A program made the translations under genes and the position numbers. The notes beneath the pieces are model-generated. The model was given only the letters and a program-made list of their open reading frames with translations. It made no database searches and was not told where the DNA came from. Positions 19,008-28,145 of a stretch of DNA of 64,000 bases are shown here, one piece after another. This stretch comes from Alphaproteobacteria bacterium. Its GTDB lineage: Bacteria > Pseudomonadota > Alphaproteobacteria > SP197. Each line of letters begins with the position of its first letter. Positions within the stretch are counted from its first letter, which is position 1. The stretch lies in NCBI GenBank assembly GCA_965228895.1, contig OZ245842.1, positions 544,001 through 608,000 of the forward strand, read 5' to 3'.

Positions 19008-20506
19008 GGTGAGCCACCCAGGACGGCGTTGACGTAAGCATCGGGGTTAAGCAGTTGTGCCGCCGAGCGTTCGGCAAACGTGACGAACGGCTCAGGGAAA
19101 AAGCCGATGACCAGGGTCAAGGCGGCGAGCGTGGCGATCGGCGCCAGCAGCTTGATACGATCGCCGGCGTTGAGCATGGTCAGCTTCGGCGACGGGCCTT
19201 CTGGCTGGGGTTTCCAGAACGCCTCGGCCCAGATCTTGGTCATCGAATAGACGGTCAGCAGCCCGACAACCAGGGCAGCGGCTGCGACAACATAGGCGCC
19301 GATGTCGAGGCTCGCCTTGACCAACAGGAACTTGGCCCAGAAGCCTGAGAGCGGCGGAAAGCCGGCAAGCGACAGGGCGGGTATCAGGAACAGAACGGCA
19401 AGCAGGGGGCTTGATTTATAGAGACCGCCCATGTTGTCGAGGTCGAAGCCGTGCGTCAGCCGCTTCGCGACGCCGCTGACCAGAAACAGGTTGGCTTTCA
19501 CGATGATGTGGTGGACCAGGTAGAAGACCGCACCGATCAGGGCGAGCGGCGTAAAGAGCGCCAAACCGAGCACCATGTAGCCGATCTGACTGACGATGTG
19601 GAACGACAGGATCTTGCGGAACTCGTTCTGGGCGGCCGCACCGAGCACGCCGGTGATCATGGTCAAGACGGCGACGACCAACAACAGATCGTGCGTGTAG
19701 TCGGTGTCTGTTGTGAACACCAGGGTAAACATGCGGATCAGGGCGTAGACGCCAACCTTGGTCAAGAGACCGGCAAAGATCGCCGAAACCGCCACCGGCG
19801 GCGTGTGATAGGACGCCGGCAGCCAGAAAAAGAGCGGGAACACCGCGGCCTTGATGCCGAACGCGACAAGGAACAAGACGGCAATGACAGTGACCAGTGC
19901 CTGGTTCTCGACGTCCCCGATGGCGCGGTGCAGATCCGCCATGTTGAGCGTGCCGGTGATGCCGTAGAGCAACCCGATGCCGGTGAGGAACATGGCGGTC
20001 GACACCAGATTGAGGACGACGTACTTGATACCGCCATCAAGCTGCGCCTTGCTGCCGCCCAAAACCAGCAGACCAAACGAGGCGATCAGCATGACCTCGA
20101 ACCAGACATAGAGGTTGAACAGGTCGCCGGTGACAAAGGCGCCGCAGACGCCGGCCAGCAGGACCTGGAACAGCGCGTGGTAACCCAAGGCCTCACGCCG
20201 GGTGTCAATGTCCGCCAGCGCATAGACCGCGACGGCCAACCCGGTGATCGCGGTGATCAGCACCATGACCGCGCTCAAGAGATCGGCGACTAGGGTGATG
20301 CCGAACGGCGCGGGCCAATTGCCCATTTGCGCGGCAATGACGCCGTCTTGCCAGACTGCGATGAACAGCGCGATCGCCACGGCCAGCAGAGCCAGGCAGC
20401 CGCCAATGCTGAGCCAGCGTCCGGCCGCGCCGCGATTGCGGAACAAGAAGACGAGCACGGCGGTCACCAGCGGCAGCATGACGGGCAGCGCGAGAAGCCA
20501 ACTCAT
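19004..20506 (-). CDS. mrpD: Mrp antiporter subunit D
   Basis: [39 protein letters not shown]. Confidence 0.95.
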   Translation of the reverse strand: MSWLLALPVMLPLVTAVLVFLFRNRGAAGRWLSIGGCLALLAVAIALFIAVWQDGVIAAQMGNWPAPFGITLVADLLSAVMVLITAITGLAVAVYALADIDTRREALGYHALFQVLLAGVCGAFVTGDLFNLYVWFEVMLIASFGLLVLGGSKAQLDGGIKYVVLNLVSTAMFLTGIGLLYGITGTLNMADLHRAIGDVENQALVTVIAVLFLVAFGIKAAVFPLFFWLPASYHTPPVAVSAIFAGLLTKVGVYALIRMFTLVFTTDTDYTHDLLLVVAVLTMITGVLGAAAQNEFRKILSFHIVSQIGYMVLGLALFTPLALIGAVFYLVHHIIVKANLFLVSGVAKRLTHGFDLDNMGGLYKSSPLLAVLFLIPALSLAGFPPLSGFWAKFLLVKASLDIGAYVVAAAALVVGLLTVYSMTKIWAEAFWKPQPEGPSPKLTMLNAGDRIKLLAPIATLAALTLVIGFFPEPFVTFAERSAAQLLNPDAYVNAVLGGSP

Positions 20507-20877
20507 GGGTTCTTGTCCTGCCGATCCGTTTCTGGTTCGGCCACCCGCATACGATCGCCGTCGAGCGTACCGAGCGCACTATAGCTGCGATAGACCAGCA
20601 CAAGCGCGAAGGCGAACAGGCCAAAGCCGATGACGATCGCGGTCAAGACCAAGGCTTGGGGTAGCGCGTTGGCGACCATCTCAGGCGGCGCCGAGAGACC
20701 TTCCGCGATCAGGGGCGGCACCGCGGGCGTCAGGCGTCCGGCGGCAAAGATCGTCAGGTTGGCGGCGTTGCTCAGCAAGACCAGCCCAAACAAAAACCGC
20801 AACACGTTGCGGGCGAGCATCAGATAGACGCTTGCCGCCACCAGAATCCCGACCAGGAGCGCCAGAATCGCTTCCAT
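20503..20877 (-). CDS. mrpC: Mrp antiporter subunit C
   Basis: [14 protein letters not shown]. Confidence 0.95.
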   Translation of the reverse strand: MEAILALLVGILVAASVYLMLARNVLRFLFGLVLLSNAANLTIFAAGRLTPAVPPLIAEGLSAPPEMVANALPQALVLTAIVIGFGLFAFALVLVYRSYSALGTLDGDRMRVAEPETDRQDKNP

Positions 20878-20879
20878 GG

Positions 20880-21302
20880 TCAGGCTTCCTCCTCAAGCGC
20901 CAGGACCAGGGTCAGCACGGCGCCGATGACGGCCAGGTAGACGCCGATGTCGAACAGCAAGACCGTGCTGAGCGCCAGACCTTTGGCGCCGTCGCTGCTG
21001 TTACCGAAAATCCACCACTGTCCGGTGAACAGCGGTTCGCCGGTCAGTGCGGGCACCATCCCAGCGACGATAGAGAGGCCAAGGCCGACCATGGCGATGA
21101 CGCGCGGGTCGGCGCGCAGCGCACGGCGTGCCGAACCGGCGCCGTGCGCAATGCCATAGAGAATGAAGCCGATCGACGCGATCAGACCGCCAATGAAGCC
21201 GCCGCCCGGATCGTTGTGGCCGCGCAACAGCATGTAGACCGAGAAAAGCAGCATCAGCGCAACGAGAAGCCGCGTTGCCGTGTTCAAGATCAGCGAATTC
21301 AT
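20880..21302 (-). CDS. mrpB: Mrp antiporter subunit B (separate from A; group 1 organisation)
   Basis: [20 protein letters not shown]. Confidence 0.93.
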   Translation of the reverse strand: MNSLILNTATRLLVALMLLFSVYMLLRGHNDPGGGFIGGLIASIGFILYGIAHGAGSARRALRADPRVIAMVGLGLSIVAGMVPALTGEPLFTGQWWIFGNSSDGAKGLALSTVLLFDIGVYLAVIGAVLTLVLALEEEA

Positions 21303-23599
21303 CGCGTACCTCTTGCTCTGACGCCGCGCAGCACGGCAAAGGCGCCAAGGGCCGCGACCGCGACAACCACAATTTCACCGAACGTATCGAGTGCGCGGAA
21401 ATCGACGAGGATCACGTTGACGATGTTGCGGCCATAGGCGTCAGGCACGCTGGCAGCCTCGTAATAGGCGGTTACCGACAGGTCGAGGGGACCTTCGGAG
21501 ACGGCAAGCAAGGTCAGCGCGACAACGGCGCCGACCGTGAGCGCCAGAGCACCATCTTTCCAGCGGCAGCGCTTCAAGACGTCGCGCTCGAGCAGAGGCA
21601 GTCGCAGCATGGCAACGGCGACCAAGACGACGACCAGCGTCTCGACCAAGAGCTGTGTCATCGCCACGTCCGGCGCACCGAACATGACGAAGAAGAGAGC
21701 AACGCCGATCCCGACAATACCGAGTGCGCAGATGGCCGTGAGGCGCGACCGGGCGAACGCTGCCATGATGGCGCCGGTCGCGATCAGAACGACGACAGCG
21801 CCGTGCTTGAACAAGATATCCGGCCACGCGGCTGGCCAGCGCACGGCGCCAGTCGCGACAAGCGTAAGGCCAACAGCCAGCGCGAAGCTGGCGAAGATTA
21901 CGAACAGATAGTGCCTGAGGACACCGTGCTGCAGGAACCGTGTCTGTGTCTTGGCGACCAGCTTGAGACCGTCGAGACAGGCGTCCCACGCTCTATCTGC
22001 GGTGACCGGCAAGGCTGTTTCGAGACGGATCAAGAAGGCGCGTAACGTTTGGTGGAAGACATAGATCAGGACGCCGACGGCAAATGTCAGCACGCTTAAG
22101 AGAAGCGGCAGGTTGATGCCGTGCCACAGCTTCAGATTGATGGTTTCCGGCCGGCCGAGAACGGCGGTAACGGCCGGCTGCACCAGGCTTTCGGCAATCA
22201 GCGCCGGCGCCAGGCCGAAGGTGAGGCCAAGAACGGCCAGAAGCAGCGGTCCGATCCACATCCTGAAGGGCGGGTCATGTGGTGTTCCGGCTGTCGGCAT
22301 CGTGGCGCCAAAGAATGGCCTGAGTGCGATGACACCGGCCATGGCGACCATGAGCATGTTCGCGGCGATGGCGGCGGAGGTGACGAAGGCCGGCTCGGCG
22401 GCGATGGCAAGCGCACCTTCGTACTTCAGCTCCTTGCCGATGAAACCCAGAAACGGCGGGAATCCGGCCATGGATAGCGCGGCGGCCACGGCGGCCAGGG
22501 CCGTGATCGGCATCAGTGAGGCCAGGCCGCGCAGCCGATCGGTCTCGCGCGTGCCGGTCTGATGATCGATGACGCCGACTACGAGGAACAGCGAGGCTTT
22601 ATAGAGTGAATGGACGATCAGAAACGTCATGGCGGCGGCGACGGCGACGGTCGCATCGGCGCCCAGAAACATGGTGAGGGTGCCAAGCGCCATGACCGTG
22701 GTGTAGGCGAGTGCCAGCTTCAGATCGGTCTGACGCAAGGCAATGACCGATGCAATCACGGCGGTCAGGGCGCCGACAATGGTCAATGTCCACATCCAGG
22801 CGTCCGTGCCGCTCATCGCCGGATGCATACGTGCCAAGAGGTAGATGCCCGCCTTGACCATGGTTGCGGAGTGCAGATAGGCGCTGACCGGTGTCGGCGC
22901 GGCCATGGCGTTGGGCAGCCAGAAGTGGAAGGGAAACTGTGCCGACTTGGTGAAGGCGGCCGCGAGGATCAGAACGAGGATCGGCAGATAGAGATCATGG
23001 GCGCGAATCACGTCGCCCATGGTCAGGATCTCGGAGAGCTCATAACTCCCCGCGACATTGCCCAACAAGATGAAACCGGCCAGCAGCGCCAGGCCGCCGG
23101 CACCGGTCAGAAGCAAGGCCTGCAGGGCCGCGCGCCGCGCCTTGGCCGAGGCATGGTCGAAACCGATCAGAAGGTACGAGGTGACCGTTGTGAGTTCCCA
23201 GAACACAAACAGCGTGATCAGGTTGTCGGCAAGCACCAGACCGAGCATCGCGACCATGAACATCAGAAGAAAAAGAACGAACCGGCCGAATTGGGCGTGG
23301 CCGGCCATGGAGGCGCCGGCATAGAGCGCGACAAGTGTTCCGATGCCGCTGATCAGAAGCGCAAATGTCAGGCTAAGGCCATCAATCAGAAAGGACGCGC
23401 TAACGCCTAGGCTGGGTACCCAGTCGTGAGCAACCCGGATCGTGCTGCCATCTGCGATCGCGGGTAGGCATGCCGCAAACACGGCCGTCAGCAAGGCAGG
23501 CGGAACCGCACAGAGCCAGCCGAGCGCGGCGCCCTTTGGCGCCGTTCGCGGCGGGCAGGCCTCTTCGTGCCGGTCGATATGCGGACCGCTGCTGGTCAT
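21299..23599 (-). CDS. mrpA: Mrp antiporter subunit A
   Basis: [60 protein letters not shown]. Confidence 0.95.
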   Translation of the reverse strand: MTSSGPHIDRHEEACPPRTAPKGAALGWLCAVPPALLTAVFAACLPAIADGSTIRVAHDWVPSLGVSASFLIDGLSLTFALLISGIGTLVALYAGASMAGHAQFGRFVLFLLMFMVAMLGLVLADNLITLFVFWELTTVTSYLLIGFDHASAKARRAALQALLLTGAGGLALLAGFILLGNVAGSYELSEILTMGDVIRAHDLYLPILVLILAAAFTKSAQFPFHFWLPNAMAAPTPVSAYLHSATMVKAGIYLLARMHPAMSGTDAWMWTLTIVGALTAVIASVIALRQTDLKLALAYTTVMALGTLTMFLGADATVAVAAAMTFLIVHSLYKASLFLVVGVIDHQTGTRETDRLRGLASLMPITALAAVAAALSMAGFPPFLGFIGKELKYEGALAIAAEPAFVTSAAIAANMLMVAMAGVIALRPFFGATMPTAGTPHDPPFRMWIGPLLLAVLGLTFGLAPALIAESLVQPAVTAVLGRPETINLKLWHGINLPLLLSVLTFAVGVLIYVFHQTLRAFLIRLETALPVTADRAWDACLDGLKLVAKTQTRFLQHGVLRHYLFVIFASFALAVGLTLVATGAVRWPAAWPDILFKHGAVVVLIATGAIMAAFARSRLTAICALGIVGIGVALFFVMFGAPDVAMTQLLVETLVVVLVAVAMLRLPLLERDVLKRCRWKDGALALTVGAVVALTLLAVSEGPLDLSVTAYYEAASVPDAYGRNIVNVILVDFRALDTFGEIVVVAVAALGAFAVLRGVRARGTR

Positions 23600-23833
23600 G
23601 CCTGTTGGCAATCCTGTTGGCGTTGATGAGAGGGCGACGGCGGTGAAGCAATGACATGATATCAGTCACGGCGTGGGCGGGCGAGAGCGTGCTCGGTTGC
23701 GAACACCGGACACCTTGCCGAAGCGCGGCGCCCCCGCTGAAACGCGGAGGACGCCGCACCCCGCGACACTCGGCCATGTACCGGAGGGAATACACGGTCT
23801 CCCGTCAGGGCTGGATCGGTGTCGAATGGACGG

Positions 23834-24052
23834 TCACGCGTTGAGATGCCGGGCTTGTGCGGGCGGGTTGACCAGTATGGCGCCCATCAGTCTTTCCCAA
23901 GCGTCCATCTCGTCCTTGATCGCCAGCTTTTCGCGTTTGAGTTGCTGTAGGACCAAGGCATCGGGCAGGGGCCGGTTCTGCTCGGCAGTGATTCGACTCT
24001 CGATGGCGCCATGGCGTTCTTTCAAGACACTGTAGCGGGTGTTGGTGGACAT
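23834..24052 (-). CDS. DUF465/YdcH family small coiled-coil protein
   Basis: LKERHGAIESRI..E..RPLPD...QLKREKLAIKDEM; AGGAG upstream. Confidence 0.85.
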   Translation of the reverse strand: MSTNTRYSVLKERHGAIESRITAEQNRPLPDALVLQQLKREKLAIKDEMDAWERLMGAILVNPPAQARHLNA

Positions 24053-24320
24053 TGCCGTTTTCCTATCTCCTGTGATGCGGATCAGCCGCGCACCGCTAGG
24101 TGGCGGTCACAAGCCGGTGCTTGTCGTTGCTGGTCGTCAGTTCGGTGAGGCGGTCGAAGAGCGGTCCGCTGTCGTTGCCCGTTGCGCTGTTGACCGCCGC
24201 CGTCGTGGGCTCGTCCAAGACCTCTGTCGCCTCGCTAATGCCGTCGTGTTCGAGGCTTCGCCAAACGACGCCAGTGTCTCACTCCGCCGCAACCGGCACC
24301 CGATCAACATCGCTGACATG

Positions 24321-24388
24321 GAGATGCGGTGCCACACATGATTGTTCCAATCATGATTTTGATGACGTTTGATAGGAAAGCCCTATCA
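24321..24388 (-). promoter_or_regulatory. OxyR-type operator TGATAGGAAAGCCCTATCA (24370-24388) with adjoining promoter for DUF465-mrp
   Basis: 7-5-7 palindrome with ATAG-N7-CTAT core; the downstream GATTGGAACAAT and CATCTC blocks recur at the usp promoter with identical spacing. Confidence 0.7.
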
Positions 24389-24519
24389 TCAAATCATTGG
24401 GGGCTCCGAGACCAACTGCCGGGAACGCCGGCGGGCGCTGTACTATCCAGGTCGACAGTTTTCCTGAAAGGCCCGTGCGCCATAGGCGAAATGGCGGCCG
24501 GCCGACAGTCTTCGGCCTG

Positions 24520-25521
24520 TCACGATGCGGTGGAGGCCTGGTCACTGTAGGCGGATGTCGCCGCGTCAAGCTGGACAGGTGAAACGAAACCCGGCGGTTT
24601 CACGGCGAGAACCGAGCACGCGACCTGGTTCAGGATGGTTTCGGCGGTGTTGCCGATGATCAGACCCTGGATGCCGGTTCGCGCCACCGTTCCCATGACA
24701 ATCAACTCAACACGCTTGCGCTCGGCAAACTCCGGGACGGCCTTGCGCGCGATGCCCTTGCTCAAATGCACCTGGCGCCGCCCGTCGCTGTCGGGGAACC
24801 GCTGCAGCAACTGGTCGAGCTCGACGGCGCTTCGCCGACGTTTTTCCTCAACCAGCATATCCACCTCTTCCGACGCGACGCGCGCGAATCCGCTGTTACG
24901 CAGCATGTCCTCGCCGTCCAGGTTCCAGACATGGATGACATGCAGCTCACTCTCATCGGCCCGCGACAGTGATGTCGCCAGTTCCATGATCGTTGTGTTG
25001 AGTGCGCTCCGCTGCTCGTCCTCTGGATCGGGATCGACGGCGGCAAGAATGCGGGCGTAATGGTGACGATCATTGCGGCGCATGAGCCACACCGGGCAGG
25101 GACATTTTCGCAGCAGATGCAGGTCGGTGCTTGCGAAGAAGAGCGAACCTGCTTCCCATTCTCCCGCGGCACCCTTGATCACGAGGTCATGGCCGTCGCG
25201 CAGAACCTTGCTGATGACTTCGACGAACGGGATCCCCTGCACGACAAACTCGGACGTCGCCACGCCGGCTTCGTTGATCGTTTCTGCGATGCGCCCAACG
25301 TGGGCATGATGAAACTCCTGCACTTCGTGCTCGACGTCGTGCTCGCGCATACCGCGCACGGCGCGGAACAGTTTGCCGAGTTCGCCGGGAGCGGTTTCGA
25401 TCACGTCGATCAAGGTGAGGTGGGCATCGTTGGACTTGGCCAACGTTATGGCGCGTGCAACGGCCGTCTTGTTGATGCTGCGGATATCGCACACCAACAG
25501 AATGTTCCGGAACCTCTTCAT
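24520..25521 (-). CDS. Tandem-domain universal stress protein (UspE-like)
   Basis: DLHLLRKCPCPVW, LIVMGTVARTGIQGLIIGNTAETIL...VLAVKP. Confidence 0.92.
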   Translation of the reverse strand: MKRFRNILLVCDIRSINKTAVARAITLAKSNDAHLTLIDVIETAPGELGKLFRAVRGMREHDVEHEVQEFHHAHVGRIAETINEAGVATSEFVVQGIPFVEVISKVLRDGHDLVIKGAAGEWEAGSLFFASTDLHLLRKCPCPVWLMRRNDRHHYARILAAVDPDPEDEQRSALNTTIMELATSLSRADESELHVIHVWNLDGEDMLRNSGFARVASEEVDMLVEEKRRRSAVELDQLLQRFPDSDGRRQVHLSKGIARKAVPEFAERKRVELIVMGTVARTGIQGLIIGNTAETILNQVACSVLAVKPPGFVSPVQLDAATSAYSDQASTAS

Positions 25522-25601
25522 GCCTCAGCCCCACACGTGCGTGATCGTTTTTGGGTAGGCCTGGCGGTGGCCAGATTGCGCCGCCGCCGGCGTTCTGATG
25601 T

Positions 25602-25667
25602 GAGATGGGCTTGAAAAGCTCATTGCTCCAATCGAAGTTAATGGGGATTTCGATAGTTTCCGCCATT
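25602..25667 (-). promoter_or_regulatory. Degenerate OxyR-type site (ATAG-N7-CATT) and promoter for usp, divergent from the regulator
   Basis: Same CTAT-N19-GATTGGA(A/G)CAAT-N14-CATCTC architecture as 24321-24375. Confidence 0.6.
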
Positions 25668-25699
25668 CAACGATGTCAGACACATCAGGAGTAACCGCC

Positions 25700-26620
25700 T
25701 TGCCAACCTTGCAGCAGCTTCGCTATCTGGTCGCCGTTGCCGACACGCTCCATTTTCGCCGCGCCGCGGAAATGACACACGTCACGCAACCGACATTGAG
25801 CGGTCAGCTTCGCGAGCTCGAGAACAAGCTTGGCGTTCAGTTGGTGGAGCGCAGCCGCGCGAAGGTCATCCTGACTCCGGTCGGCGCGGAGATTGCGGCG
25901 CGTGGTCGAACCGTCCTGCGTGACGTGCAGGATATCGTCGAATTGGCCACACACGGCCATAGCCTGCTCGACGGGACCATTCGCGTCGGCGTTCTGCAGT
26001 CGCTAGGCCCTTACTTTCTGCCGCATATCGTGCCGGATCTTCATCAAAGTTATCCCGACCTGAAGCTCTACGTTCGCGAAGGTATGCCGCAAGCGCTGCT
26101 GAGCGGCATCGATGACGGCAGCTTCGATCTGCTGTTCTTCCCGTTGCCGGTCAAGGGCGCTGACCTCCACACGACGCGGCTGTTTCGTGAGCCCTTGTGG
26201 ATCGTGATGCCGCGGGATCATCACTTGGCGAGCAAAAAGACCATCGATCGATCGGATCTGAAAGACCAAACCGTCCTGACGCTGGAGCGTGGCCATCGTC
26301 TGCACGACCAGGTACAGGAACTTTGCGAGCAGTACCGTGCCAACGTGTCGATGGATTATGAGGGCACCAGTCTGGACACGCTGCGCCAAATGGTCGGCAT
26401 GGGCATGGGGTTGTCGTTTTTACCGGCACTCTACGTCCGGTCGGAGGTTTTGCAGGACGATCAGGTCGTCGTGCGCCAACTGCGCAGCCGCTCGCCGTCG
26501 CGCATGGTCGGCATGGTGTGGCGCCGGCACTCGGCGCGCCAGGATGAGTTCGTTACGCTTGCCGGTTTCGTTCGCGGCGTCATGAAGAGCCGTGTTCCCG
26601 ACCTGACGATCGTTTCGTAG
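25700..26620 (+). CDS. OxyR-like LysR regulator lacking the peroxidatic cysteine
   Basis: LHFRRAAEMTHVTQPTLSGQ, GPYFLP, GHRLHDQVQELC (OxyR: GHCLRDQ....C), GTSLDTLRQMV; TTG start after AGGAG. Confidence 0.85.
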   Translation: MPTLQQLRYLVAVADTLHFRRAAEMTHVTQPTLSGQLRELENKLGVQLVERSRAKVILTPVGAEIAARGRTVLRDVQDIVELATHGHSLLDGTIRVGVLQSLGPYFLPHIVPDLHQSYPDLKLYVREGMPQALLSGIDDGSFDLLFFPLPVKGADLHTTRLFREPLWIVMPRDHHLASKKTIDRSDLKDQTVLTLERGHRLHDQVQELCEQYRANVSMDYEGTSLDTLRQMVGMGMGLSFLPALYVRSEVLQDDQVVVRQLRSRSPSRMVGMVWRRHSARQDEFVTLAGFVRGVMKSRVPDLTIVS

Positions 26621-26667
26621 CGTTGCGTCGGCCAAGTGTCGCGGCGCATGATCGGCGCGGCACAACC

Positions 26668-26709
26668 TGATAGGAAGATCCTATCATCGTCGGCATTGCA
26701 CCCATCAAT
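26668..26709 (+). promoter_or_regulatory. OxyR-type operator TGATAGGAAGATCCTATCA plus secondary ATTG-N7-CAAT box upstream of atpB
   Basis: 7-5-7 palindrome, 16/19 identical to 24370-24388. Confidence 0.7.
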
Positions 26710-26772
26710 GCCCACCAACATCTCCTGACGCGAAACATAGCCCACCTTTGCGCATCGGACAGGAGAAGAGGT

Positions 26773-27540
26773 ATGGCTTCCGGCGAGCAGGAAGCGCCAT
26801 ACGCCATAACGCAGTTCGAGATCGACTACCTCGTGCCGATCAATCTGTTCGGCATCGACATGTCGTTCACGACGTCGGCGCAGGCGATGGTGACGACGAC
26901 CCTCCTGGTCAGCGTTTACCTGATCTATGGCATCCGCCAGCGCTCGCTTGTGCCTGGCCGTCTGCAGTCAAGCGTCGAGGCGGTTTATACGTTTGTCGCG
27001 AACACGGTCACGAAAACCGCCGGGCCGCAGGCTGAATCAGCAATACCCTTCGTCTTTTCCCTGTTCGTGTTCATCCTGTTCGGCAGTCTGTTCGGCCTGA
27101 CGCCGGTCAAGTTCACCTTCACGAGCCACCTGGTTGTCACCCTTGCACTGGCGCTTGTCGTCTTTGCCTATGTCAACACGCTTGCGGTGCGCACGCAGGG
27201 TGCCGGTGTCTTTCGTATGTTCTTGCCGGCCGGTACGCCGCTCTACATGGCGCCGCTGATCGTTGTGATCGAGGTGATCTCCTATCTGTTCCGGCCGATC
27301 ACGTTGGGTGTCCGCATCTTTGCCAACATCCTGGCCGGCCATATCATGATCAAACTCTTCGCCGACTTCAGCGTCATGCTGACGGAAGGTTTGGGACTTG
27401 CCGGTATGGCCCTTGCGCTGCTGCCGGTTGCGATGATGGCCGTGCTTTACGGCTTCGAGGTCATGATCTTCCTGGTCCAGGCCTACATCTTCATCCTCAT
27501 TACCTCACTCTACATTCGCGATGCGTTGCATGCGCACTAG
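26773..27540 (+). CDS. atpB: F0 ATP synthase subunit a (orphan copy)
   Basis: VPGRLQS, RPITLGVRIFANILAGH with the essential Arg, FEV..FLVQAYIF. Confidence 0.93.
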   Translation: MASGEQEAPYAITQFEIDYLVPINLFGIDMSFTTSAQAMVTTTLLVSVYLIYGIRQRSLVPGRLQSSVEAVYTFVANTVTKTAGPQAESAIPFVFSLFVFILFGSLFGLTPVKFTFTSHLVVTLALALVVFAYVNTLAVRTQGAGVFRMFLPAGTPLYMAPLIVVIEVISYLFRPITLGVRIFANILAGHIMIKLFADFSVMLTEGLGLAGMALALLPVAMMAVLYGFEVMIFLVQAYIFILITSLYIRDALHAH

Positions 27541-27579
27541 CGCATAGCGACGCCAACACCACGGAAAGGACGTTACGAC

Positions 27580-27807
27580 ATGACGGACGACGGCATCAGA
27601 CTGCTTGCGGCTGCCCTTGCATTGCTGCCGCTCTTTGGCGTCGCGCTCGCGTTGGGCAAGATCTTCTCTGATTGGATTTCCTCCGTCGCACGCAATCCCG
27701 GTGCTGGCGAGAAAGTCCAGCCGGTGGGATTGCTCGGTTTCGCACTGACCGAAGCGATTGCGCTCTTTGCACTGATTGTCTCGTTCATCATCCTGTTCGT
27801 GGGGTGA
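27580..27807 (+). CDS. atpE: F0 ATP synthase subunit c (orphan copy)
   Basis: Two TM helices, ARNP loop, FALTEAIALF with ion-binding Glu; AAGGA RBS. Confidence 0.93.
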   Translation: MTDDGIRLLAAALALLPLFGVALALGKIFSDWISSVARNPGAGEKVQPVGLLGFALTEAIALFALIVSFIILFVG

Positions 27808-28145
27808 CATTTCTGTAGGCATGACGTGAAGATCGTTTCGCGACAAGACCGACTTGTGAACCGCCCATGCCGTCGAATCGGCTGAAACGCCGATCTCGCT
27901 TTCCATAATGCTTATGGGGCTGACCTTCCCACACATCCGGTTCTGACCTGACACGGACTTGGGCAACGGTTCCCTGCTAATTTGGCAGAAAGAATGACAA
28001 ATTTGTGGCCGGTGATTACCATGCTGCCTCTGTCCTGGGAGACAGTACGGCAATTGGTCGGCCTCCCTTGACTGGTTCAATGTTAGCGCGAGTGCATGGC
28101 CGGCCCGTTGATCCCGTTCATAACGATGAATAGGAGGAGGTAACC

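Noticed and set aside
24096-24270. Open frame on the minus strand (VVWRSLEHDG...VTAT)
   Set aside because: No start codon after the upstream in-frame stop; no recognisable similarity
26773-27807. Na+-translocating N-ATPase
   Set aside because: c-subunit lacks the ES/T Na+ signature; no atpQ, atpR or F1 genes
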